NCBI RefSeq assembly: GCF_964355755.1
Contig: NC_092679.1
Coordinates: 17,467,432-17,531,431 of the forward strand
DNA: 64,000 bases
Source: Antedon mediterranea
Taxonomy: Eukaryota; Animalia; Echinodermata
Direction of reading: 5' to 3'
Part shown: positions 15,101 to 25,600 of the stretch, piece after piece
Numbering within the stretch: the stretch's first letter is position 1
Layout of the letters: each line of letters starts with the position of its first letter
Position numbers and translations under genes: made by a program
The notes under the pieces: generated by a model
Told to the model about the DNA's origin: nothing
Seen by the model: only the letters and a program-made list of their open reading frames with translations
Database searches by the model: none

Positions 15101-16540
15101 AATTTTACTGGCCTGGGAATTAATTGGAAAATGATTAATTAAGGTTTTATGGTAAGGGATTTCTCGTTCCTAGAACACACAATTATCATTTTAGTTTTCT
15201 TCCGGACTTATTTTGGTTCATTCAGGAACATTTTGATTACAGAATAATTCTACTAGGATTGTAATCTTATGTTAGATACTTTAAATTACATATGAACAAT
15301 GTAATAAACAAGAAAACCAGGTCTTCATTCATTATCATTTAAAAAAATAAATCATGCAAATGAACAGTGATTCAAGCAGCATTTGGTCTGTCACGATAAA
15401 TATGGTCCGGGGCCAAAATCGGTCCGGCCGGACCAGTTTTGGCTCTAAAATTGTGGCCAAAAGCAGTCCGCCACTGCCAAAATCGGTCCGGGCTTTTCTT
15501 CTGTCGATTTTAATTGAATTACTAGGCCTATGATGCTGTTTTAAGTTGTTTATGGCTAGAAAAATATCCCATGATATATATTAGTAAGTTATCCTGTCGG
15601 ATAAATACTATAAATAAATGTATTTTATCTAAAAACATGACTTAGGTGTTCACTCATATTTCGGCCTGCCACACACTCACATAAACGGGTATGAGACGCT
15701 GATATTGCCAGCTAGATTTTATTTATGATTGAGGCCTTTTTCCTTCCTCAGCCTAATCAATATTGGATAATTGTTTTATAATAATTGTATTGAATTGATA
15801 TATTGATTGATTAACCATAAATAATTAATAAATTAAATTGTTTTTAACATCCATCATGGGGAAACGAAGATGTTAAAAAAGAAAAAATGGATTAAAAACA
15901 GGCAGAGATACATATTGTATACAAAAAGCTTAACAATTAGTATTAATTATTGATGAGTTACTACTAATAATGATAATAAAAAAAACAGGCTTAATTTATA
16001 ATATTAAAATAACAAATAAATCCCCGTAGTTTTCAATAATGACTAATCATGGCCTTTTTTTTATGATATATACATTATGACTCATTTTGCGCACCATATA
16101 TTTGTAAGACCGGACCATATTTGGCGGCCAAAAACAGTCCTACTGCCCGGACCGATTTTATCCAGGCCGGACCAGTTTTGGCGGCCAAAATTGGTCCGGC
16201 CGGACAGGTTTTGGCAGCCATAAATGGTCCCCCGGACTGATTTTGGCAGCCAAAACTGGTCCGCCGGACCGATTTTGGCCCGGACTGATTTTGGTGTGAC
16301 AGGTCCAGCTGATTTCTGTTTAAAAAAATAAAATTATACTCTCTGAAAGAATTAAAAAAAAACAGCTCATATTATCTACTTACTTGCATTTTCAATATGA
16401 AAGTGGATGAGTGAAATTTGACTGGAAGTTATAGCCTCTTTGAACTCAATTTCATTTATATATTTTCTATCTGCTTCTCCATTTGTTAATAATACTAATT
16501 GAGCAAATAACAATAGAAGCAGGCATTGAATTGACAGCAT
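3184..16540 (-). CDS. TXNDC16: Thioredoxin domain-containing protein 16 (ERp90-like, PDI family), about 19 coding exons
   Basis: ATG at 16540 starts a signal peptide (MLSIQCLLLLLFAQLVLLTNG). Checked exons: 16540-16384, 13875-13796, 11730-11651, 11155-11081, 10338-10217, 10130-10040 (EHRAFMEAAFAYGHRYKFLVTT), 4498-4335, 4101-3908, 3440-3184. Approximate exons: ~9815-9654, ~9550-9392, ~8905-8780, ~8279-8150, ~7475-7321, ~6871-6634 (VNCFDWPDVCTKANVTRYPTIKMYKKG), ~6184-6047, ~5219-5135, ~5038-4894. Both quoted motifs match vertebrate TXNDC16 as recalled. Acidic C-terminal tail ends HIEL. Confidence 0.9.
4154..4278. mobile_element. MITE family A, degenerate
   Basis: Degraded TIRs and the internal TGTAATGTGCCTAAATATAGTAGTGATATG motif. 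Confidence 0.7.
6255..6510 (+). mobile_element. tRNA-derived Nin/Deu-domain SINE
   Basis: B-box-like GGTTCGAAGC followed by TCTCGGATAAGGACTATAAACCGTAGGTC. Body is shared with the copy at 18657-19095. Confidence 0.75.
8495..8533. mobile_element. MITE family A, solo end
   Basis: TTTTTTGTCACATAAAGTTTGATAGTGTAGACAGAGCT only. Confidence 0.7.
9027..9302. mobile_element. Two inverted 3'-tail fragments of the chimeric SINE
   Basis: 9027-9128 (+) matches 10945-11046. 9249-9302 is its internally deleted reverse complement. Confidence 0.8.
10633..11052 (+). mobile_element. Chimeric SINE: 5S rRNA-derived head, tRNA-like segment, conserved core, 3' tail
   Basis: GGCATACTGCGGTGAAACAC..GTCAGATCCCCGAAGTTAATCA..GCCCGG..TGGATGGGAGAC resembles roughly the first 90 nt of 5S rRNA. 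It is followed by TGGTGTAATG/GGTTCAAGCC boxes, TCCTTAGGCAAGATACTTAAC and CACGTTAAAGAAC..GAAAAGAGTAGGGG. Confidence 0.8.
11196..11306. mobile_element. MITE family A, left end degraded
   Basis: Internal motif plus intact right TIR. Confidence 0.75.
13461..13660. mobile_element. MITE family A
   Basis: Both TIRs, TAA target-site duplication on both sides. Confidence 0.88.
15388..16302. mobile_element. Non-autonomous DNA transposon with subterminal GGACC-type repeats (CMC/EnSpm-like)
   Basis: Termini CTGTCAC ... GTGACAG, 2-bp GT flanks on both sides, many GGACC(A/G)(G/A)TTTTGGC repeats in both orientations near the ends, AT-rich interior. Confidence 0.8.
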
Positions 16541-16835
16541 CTTTAACTGTAATGATAAAAACAAACAAGTCCCATAACAAATATGTGTCGCTATCTAAAA
16601 GCCTATACTGCACTCTCCCCGCAGATAAATAAGTAGCTAAAGCCTAACAATGAAGGTAAGTACCTCCATCCTGTCATGTCCCTACTGATGATATACCTAG
16701 CTAGCTGGGCCAACAAGGCCTAGCCTAGTAGTAGTACATTGCACAAAGCCTAGCTAGGCTAGTCACGCAAGACGGTAAATGCTTAGCTAGTATCAAATTG
16801 TAAGTATTACAATTAAAACAAATGTGTTTTCTTAC

Positions 16836-17060
16836 CAATAAGCCTGTGTTTAACAGAAACTCTTATCACCTGGAAACACCACTAACACAAAAATGAAGCG
16901 GATGCAATAAAATTAAAATCCCATACTATTTATTTTGAAAACAGCGCCACCACAGTTTTCCCAGGGGCGTGTTTTATGTTAATCAATCACGTGACAAGGT
17001 GGCTGGAATCAAAGATAGTGTACTATCTCTTTGCTGGAATCATCATTTAATAGAGCATTC
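16836..17060 (-). promoter_or_regulatory. Probable TXNDC16 non-coding first exon and promoter
   Basis: Minus-strand donor G|GTAAG at ~16836. CpG-containing patch with E-box TCACGTGAC (~16987-16995) and a near-palindrome AAAGATAGTGTACTATCTCTTT (~17011-17032). Confidence 0.5.
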
Positions 17061-17538
17061 ATCATATCGTCACACGGGCGGAGGATCTCAGTCTAATATA
17101 AATATATCGCAAAAGTAATAATTAAACTTTGTTGGAAATAATATAAATATATTTCGACGGTAATAATTAAACTTTGATGTACTTTGCTGTTCATTTATTT
17201 CCTCCATGATTTTTTTTAGTGTGGGGGTTTTGATTATATGAATGATTGACTCTGACTCGATAACAACCTGGTTTACCCTATGAAAATTGAGAGTGAGTAG
17301 TCTAGTCAAGAATAGCAAATTCAGTTTTACACCAATTTATTAAGATAGATATGTTTTAAAAATATACAATTTCAATAATATATAACATTAGTCTGCAGTT
17401 TCAAACTTATCAATTAATTTGTAATGACCAATACTTATATTAATAATGTTAATACAATAGAAAAAGAAAATATGAAAGAATACAGAATACTTAGATGTTC
17501 AACTGTCTAAATAATAAATATGATTATTTAAATATTTA

Positions 17539-20500
17539 TTACAGCTTGCATTTTCTGTAGTAATCTTCATGTACCACCATAGATGGTTCTATTTCATTGA
17601 CATTTCTACATCCTAAAAAACAAAAAATAATTTTGAAATTTCTGTTTAGTATGCAAGGGTAATATCCATATACCACTTCTATTTGCTATACCTGTGCCCT
17701 TGTCAAATTATAGCAATTATACAGAATTTTCACTGTTTTATTATTATAACCGACCTACCCATGAAAGCCATCACTTTCTCCACCTCATCCTTTAAAATAT
17801 CAAGAACTTGTTTGGCGCCCTCATATCCCTTAAAAAATAAAAAAAGTTTTACAAACAAACAAGCATAAATCACAATGGATATACTGTATTTTGAATAAAT
17901 TGTGATAAATGTTTATTTTTTTATTTTTTTTTATTATTATATATATATAATTATAAATTGTGATAAAATGCCTCAGGATTTGAAACCACAAAGTGAGTGT
18001 CATAACCATTTGACCACAGAGGCTTTCTGGTTGAAGTTCTTTACGGTGTTAATGGCACCTTTAATATGAGTTATCTATATTCTGTTGAATTTTAATTATA
18101 AAATTATAAATGAGACATTTTATAATCTGTGTTATAACTAATTAGTAAAAGAGAGTTCAATAGGTTTTTTAAATATTTAATACAATCTCATTTTCATGGG
18201 CAATTAAATTTTACATGATCATTAAAGATTATTAATCACTGGTCAAGCATTATGGTCAAACCTTAAGCAACTATCAAATATTGGACTTAATTCATACTAA
18301 CTACAGCCAAACCTCCAGCACCACAATTAATCTAGGAGAGAACACACATAATTATTCCTGACTGTGTACATACATTGCATGTCAAACCCCATATGATTGG
18401 TCTACCAATGAAAACAGCTCTTGCTCCACGGGCCAATGCCTTGAAAACATCAGTTCCATGTCTTACACCACCATCCATGTAAACCTCAACACCAGAACCT
18501 GCAACAGCAGCAACAACCTCTGGTAGGGCATCAATCTAGAAAAGTAAAATGTACTCATTAAGTTAGAATCATGTTTTTATTATGATAGTAATAATTTATA
18601 CAGAAGATGGCATGTGTATTAGCCCGGTATACACCATTCTGTATTTAGTCAAAAAGAGAGTAAATGGCCGAGTGGTTATAGAGCCAACAGTATTGGCATT
18701 TGTTCGAGACCGACTCGCTCCTAGTTCTGGTGGAGAAACAAGTCTTCTCGGATAAGGACTACAAACCGTAGGTCCAGGGTCCAACCACCCTCTTAAATTT
18801 GCGCCATATTCAAGAGTTGATGTAATTATCAAGAGGGGCTTATAGGCATAGCCTAGCCTCGACTCCGGACCCAGCATTGCTGAGCTCCGGAAACAAGTAA
18901 AGTAAGTAAAGTAAAGTTATAAACTGTATGCACTTTAAAGAACCCAGTTCATCATATGAGATGAGTAGAGGATTACCCCAGTGAACTGGTTGACAAATTA
19001 GCCCCTGTATCAGGGGGATTACCACCTATTGATAGCACAGTGATTAATTTACTATTGGTAATCCTTGGCCATATGTGCCTAGGCATACAAACAAAAATTT
19101 AAAAAAAATAAATAAAATTTACAACTATATTCTATCTAACTACCTATAGCTACCTATAATAAAAAAACTCAATAGCAGGGTAGCTATATCATTTGAGTTA
19201 AAAGGAACTTTGCCTAAGCTGCCCCATCCCGGAACTTTTCTTTTTACGAGGTAATGTCATTATACTGGTAGAATAAAGTTGGCATTGGTTCTAGATTGAT
19301 TCTTGGCTTCTTTTCACATTATATTGTACTATTTATTTATGTATGATGTGAATAAAGTTGGTATTATTATTATTATTATTATTATTAATATAAAACAATC
19401 ATATCAGTGGCGGATCTAGGATTTTGAAATATCTTTTGCATTACAATTTGGGCTGGCAGCCTCACTAACCCCAACCCCTTTGACCTGTCCCTAAATATGA
19501 CATCAGATCCACATTCAGCTGCATTTCTGGCTTAGTAACCTACAAAAATAATAGCTCATTGCAAACCATGTCTAGCCTAAATTAGTTTATTTGTATGTAC
19601 GGTTGCTGGCAGATAATCTAGTTGTCGCCCGCCGTGGTTAGAGACCAATATACCATCAACTCCACACTCTACTGCATTTTTTGCTTGGTCACCTGTGAAG
19701 TGAAGTTAGAGTACTAAGATTAGGTCAACACTTTCAGGTTTCCATCACATAATAGTTATTCACTTTGACCAAAAACTGGGGGAAAAAAAATATTTACCAG
19801 AAAAAAATGTAATTTAAAGCAAAAAGTCAAATTGACTGGAAGTCAATTGAATTTAACAGTTTAGTTTTTCATTTTATAAGTGAAAACTTTTTTTGTATTT
19901 TATTTTCTACACAAGTGATTACCTTTTTTAAATATATTAAATAATCTTCATTGTTGTTTTATTTACATTGCCAGTTAAACATATTGCAAATAAACACGCC
20001 ACCAGAAATATATCTATTATTTCTTACTATTTACAAATATAGCATAATGTTTCTTACCTGTTGTTATACCTTTAAGAACCAATGGTAATTTTGTGAAATA
20101 TTTCAGCCATTTCACATCTTGCCAAGTTGCTGAATCGTCAAATTTTGATATAATCTCATTCCCATTTGTATAGTTATCTTTAGGTAGATTAACTGGCCTG
20201 CAATGAAGATACACAGATATAACAATTGTTAATCAGCTGTTTTTAATCATGGCAGGACACTGCCTTGTCAAGATAAGAACTCGCAGCAGTCCTTTAATCT
20301 TACGTCTGGCTGGGACAAATACCACAGTACTGTACTATATACAATTTGATAATGTGCCCAAATATGGTAGTGATATTCCTAAATATGGTAGTGATATGAC
20401 ATCATCAAGTCCATATATGGGCACATGACATTTTTTTGTCACATAAAGTTTGATAGTGTGGACGGTAAGAGTAAAAACTAACTTCTCATGGTCCTGAAGC

Positions 20501-21741
20501 TGAAATTGTAAAGCATTCTTAACCCTCATAATGCTGTATTTATCTCCGATTTTTGGTTGATCAACAGTCACAAGTAACGCTGTGAATCCAGCCTTTTCTG
20601 CCCGTTTAATGAGAACCTCAAGTTGTGCTCGTGGCTTATAGAATTGCACCTGCATCCATCGAACACCACGAGGTGTCACGGCGGCTACGTCTTCTATTGT
20701 ACGTGTTGACACGCAACTTAGTGCCATCGCAGACCCAACAGATGCCGCAGCTATATTTTAAGATAAGAGTTATATGTACTTGGGAATCATGGAATACAAT
20801 CATTACCACAAATAGCTAAAACTAAAAAAAAACTGTATGCATTGACATTTAAAAATAGTATAGCATAGCAGCATTTTATTGACTTGATAGGGGCCTTGAT
20901 ACACTGTACAAAACATGTAAATACTGAATATTCAAATAACACATAATCTAGTATATTTTATCCTTTAAATGTTAAAATTGCTGACAGATTAACAATATTT
21001 TCAACTGGGTTTTCGTCGAAAATTTGCATCTGCCCGCTGCTACTTCTTCAATTGTGTGCAAGTCGAAAAAGAATTTAAAACAGATCATAAGGATGAGCGT
21101 CTACAGTATATAATAACAATTGGTTACAGAATTTATTGACCCAGATACTTAATTTTATTACCTCTAGCAGTTGCAACTTCACCTTCATTATAATCAGCCA
21201 TCCTGTGAAAAGCTGTTGGTGATAAGCAAACTGGCCAAGAGATACGCTCACCCAATATGGTCGTGTTCAAATCTATATTGGATACATCCCGCAGAATCTT
21301 TGGTCGCAATCGGTATCTGTATTGTATACAATTGAAATAAACAATTTTTTGTGGGTTTAAACAAAATATTTACTCGCCATTGGCCTTACTCGTCATTTAC
21401 CTACTCTACTACTAGCTAGGCCTAGGCCTTTACTAGCCTAGGCAAGAGAAGAGATAGGCTAGTTAGGCTCTATCTAGTATACTATATAGTATAGGCCTAG
21501 GCCAGGCCTAGCCTAATTTAGGCCTATCTAGCTAGGGCCTAGCTAGTAGGCCCTAGCTAGCTAGTAGGCTACTACGACCCCTACTACCTAGATTATACCT
21601 TTTGAATGCCTCTCGATTTTCTTTCAATGTAAACTGTTCGTTACAGCCATCTGAAAAATAACTAAATCTTGATGCTTCTAATATTTCACGGCTATCATTC
21701 TCAAAATCGTCTAAACACACATACTTATTTTTGTCAGCCAT
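17539..21741 (-). CDS. HAO1: Alpha-hydroxy acid oxidase (HAO1/glycolate oxidase-like), copy A, 8 coding exons
   Basis: Exons 21741-21599, 21316-21162, 20750-20483, 20197-20058, 19692-19601, 18535-18374, 17828-17759, 17612-17539 join in frame. Motifs: [62 protein letters not shown]-terminus CKL (PTS1). Orthology to HAO1 versus a lineage-specific paralog is not established. Confidence 0.9.
18657..19095 (+). mobile_element. tRNA-derived Nin/Deu-domain SINE with nested ~135-bp insertion
   Basis: A box TGGCCGAGTGG, B box TGTTCGAGAC and the same core as 6255-6510. Insert 18779-18915 ends in (GTAAA)n. A-rich tail. Confidence 0.75.
20333..20466. mobile_element. MITE family A, ends degraded
   Basis: Internal 21-bp repeats and AAAGTTTGATAGTGT end. 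Confidence 0.75.
21405..21592. repeat. CTAG/TAGGCCTA low-complexity tract in HAO-A intron 1
   Basis: Dense CTAG, AGGCCT and TAGC words. Confidence 0.85.
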
Positions 21742-22666
21742 TCTTTTGTCTATAAACAAATACACATGGTGACCCTTGACATGGTACCCTGGATATAATA
21801 AACCAGAGATTCTCGATCTGGTATTGGGCACCTTGCACCGTCCAGCCTATCATGTTTCTGAACCCCAATGGAATTTAAAGTATTTTACTTTTGGATACTG
21901 TATCCTTTTAACTCGAGTCTTGTGTACCGATTGTTTATAATTGTATATTGTGACTAATAAAGTAAAGCAATACCAATCTGAATCTCCCCAGCCTCACCTC
22001 AATTATTATTAGATACAAAATGTTTTTTCTTTATAATAGTTTATGGTGTAAAAAACATTCGATATACCACAATTTGAAAATTAGCAATTATGACTATTAA
22101 GAATGTTTTAAATAGTTTAATTCCCAACAATGGATCGATAGAAGCTATCCCTCCCATATTTGGTAATATTATTAACCATTGGAAGTTAGGTTTCTGTTTC
22201 TTCATGTTTTAATCCACTTCATTGTAATATCATCTGTTTTTCATTTCAACTGAATTAACATGTTTATTAAAACTTTAAAATCAGAGAATATTATATCTAG
22301 GCCTATAGGCCTAGTTAAAGATGTATTGTCCCCATTAAAAAAATGTTTTTGTTGAATACGCTATTTTCATGTCATGACAGTTATCCACTTTGTCGAAAAA
22401 ACATTTATTTACATGAAAAAACTGTAATTTAAAGCTGAAAATATTCAAATTGTGGTTTTGGTTGAATTTAACCATTTATTTGTCATTTTATAACTAAAAA
22501 CATTTTCCCCCGTTTTTTTTTTCTACGGAAGTGATTAACTTTATACCCTTACAATGTTTACACTGACTACTTAGCACCAACCAAGCATCCGATAATATAA
22601 TATCATCCCGTCAAATTTAACTAATTTTAAATTTAATATATTTCAACAAGCGATACGTGATCGGTA

Positions 22667-25600
22667 TTATAACACTGTTGGCTGCCTGTAGTAATCTTCA
22701 TGTACCACCATAGACGGTTCTATTTCGTTGACATTTCTACATCCTAAAAAATAAATTGTATATGTTTCAAGTTTATTGTTTCACACAATACAATACAATA
22801 TGAACAGAAACATAAATTAATAAATAAAATTGTGTGAGGAGGAGGACGCATTAAGCCAAGGCTTTAAGTTTGGTCCTCCAGATATATTTAAGTAAGTAAT
22901 ATATTTAATTATTCAATTTAAGTGAGAGAACAAAAAACACTTCTTTCTTTCAAATTCTTTCTGTCAAATTGACAAATAAAATTAAGCAAAAAGGCACAAA
23001 AAAGAGAAAAAAAAAACAGTCTTAAGGAAATTGTGAATTACTAATGTTCTAAATAGTTTGAAATAAGTGTTTGTATTTCGTTTTAAATGTATTTATGATG
23101 GTTATTGCTTTTAGATTGAGCGGTAAGTTGTTCCATATATACGGTCCATTGTAAATAAAAGATGTTCTTCTAAGTAATATGGTATGGTTTTCGTATATTA
23201 GATTTTTTGCAGTTGAAGATCTGGTGTTATTCTATTAAAGTCAGATTCAGTTAGTTAAATGCACTTACAGTTTTTTTTTACGGTTTATTTGTCCAACGTT
23301 GTATTAGTGTAGCATGTATTATTTATATATTTAGACGGAGCAAACTATCCACGTCTGTTCACTCACTTAGCATTGTCTCGTGTGTTAATGTGATATAATA
23401 GTTCTATTGTTATATAGTGAAGTTAAGTTAATTGTTAGACTGTTTTGTAATTGAATAAGATTACCCATTAAAGCCATCGTGTTCTCCACCTCAGCATTTA
23501 AAATTTCAAGCACTTGTTTGGCGCCTTCATATCCCTTAAAGATTAAATTTAAAGACTTAAAAGAAAGATAACTATGTTACATGTATTAAAACATGGCTTG
23601 CGATCCTCAGACGGCACCCCCGAAGTTTAATGTATTTTTTGGAAATAGTTCACGTTGTTTCCCATACCTTACACGTCAAGCCCCATATGATTGGTCTACC
23701 AATAAAAACAGCTGTCGCTCCACGGGCCAATGCCTTGAAAACATCAGTTCCATGTCTGACACCACCATCCATGTAAACCTCAACACCAGAACCTGCAACA
23801 GCAGCAACAACCTCTGGTAGGGCATCAATCTAGAAAAGTAAAATGTTGGCGCACTTTAGGATGAAGAGATGTAATATAATATTTATGACAGGGAATGACG
23901 CGTCTGATTTTTGTTGTTGTTGCATACATACAGTTGCTGGCAGATAATCCAGTTGTCGTCCGCCGTGATTGGATACCAATATGGCATCAGCTCCATATTC
24001 AACTGCAATTTTTGCTTGGTCACCTACAAAGTTAATAATAATGAGACATGACATAAGCAAACCACGTAGAGACTAGTGAGGTTATAATTAATTTAATAAT
24101 GTAAGTTCGTGGGTAAAAAAGAGGCAAAAGTTAATTTTTTTAAATTTATTTATTAAATTTTCTGCCATATACAATACAAAGAAGACAAAACAAATACAAA
24201 AGGCAAGGAAAGACCAAACAGGTGTTAAACACCTATGCTAGTTGGTCAACCCAGAACAGAGCACAGAAATAAACCCCAACAAAATATTACATTCTACAAT
24301 TAAAGCATCTAGGCCTACAAGAAAGCGACTACTCACATTTTCAATATCAAAATTATTAAAAAAATAAATATTGAGATAATTTATAATTTGGTTAATAAGT
24401 TCGAGGCATATTCCTGAAAGTGTTTACTGAAAGTCTTGTTCGTTGAAAATAGTATGAGAAACATCGAACAATGCTCGCCTGCCATGCGCATGTAATGACT
24501 GTCCCCACAATCATAATGGCGACACTCTCCCCATATTTCGAGACATCAAGTGAACGCTTAAAATGTAATTGAGAGGTCTTCCCTGCTATCTGTTACATTT
24601 ATTGTATTGTTGAAAAAGATGTGAATTTTATTAATAAAATAAACAAATAATAATAACTCAATTAAAAAAAATTCTCACCAGTAATTATTCCTTTAAGAAC
24701 CAATGGTAATTTTGTGAAAGATTTCAGCCATTTGACATCTTGCCAAGTTGCTGAGTTGTCAATATTGGTACTGCTTATATTAACTGGCCTGAAAATAATA
24801 TATCCACATACTTGAAAAGAAGTTTATGACATTTGAGATTGGGTTCTTTTTGAGATTCTTTTGCAATCTCAAGAGGGAGGCGAGGGATTCTTTTCGAAAT
24901 GATTGTGTTAAACGTTCAACCTGAATGGTTTTTTTTCTTAAAGATGTATTGTACCTTGAAACACAACAAATGTCGAATTAATTCGAGCCAAAAACAACCC
25001 ATTTACGTATTAACAAGTAAATTAATATGATTACATTTCATCTGGAAAATCGTCACGAGCGAATTGAAATTAAACAAAGATTTCAAACCATGAGTATGCA
25101 TTATGCATGATGCTAATTAGGATTGTTTACCCGTCGCGGTTGAGAAGATGTTTTCACACAGATCGCGAGGAAGTTTTATCATTATGCATACAGAGTAGCC
25201 AAACAAGCGCGTTGCATTATGAGATATGTTTTGATCAAAAACTTTGACTGGAAGTCAAAGTTTTTTTTTTGAACAAAAAAACTTCTGTATCTCAGTTAAA
25301 TTTTGTTTTTTTCGACAATTTTTTGGTGAAAGTTAATAACTATTATGATAATTGAATTGAACCCACTTTTTTTTCGAAATATTAAAAAAATATTTTTTTT
25401 TAATTAGTCAAAGGGACAATGCATCTTTAATTTTGAAATTACGTGACGAAAATTTGTGTACTACTAACTTTGCATGAGCCGTGAATAATGGTGTTTTGCC
25501 ATCTTCCAAAGTTCTTTGTTTCTGTTTACAAACTGGTTGATCAATCGTTACAACTAACGCCGTGTATTTCGACTTTTCTGCCCGTTCAATGAGATTCTCC

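Noticed and set aside
23593-23820. Plus-strand 75-aa ORF
   Set aside because: Antisense shadow of HAO-B exon 6.
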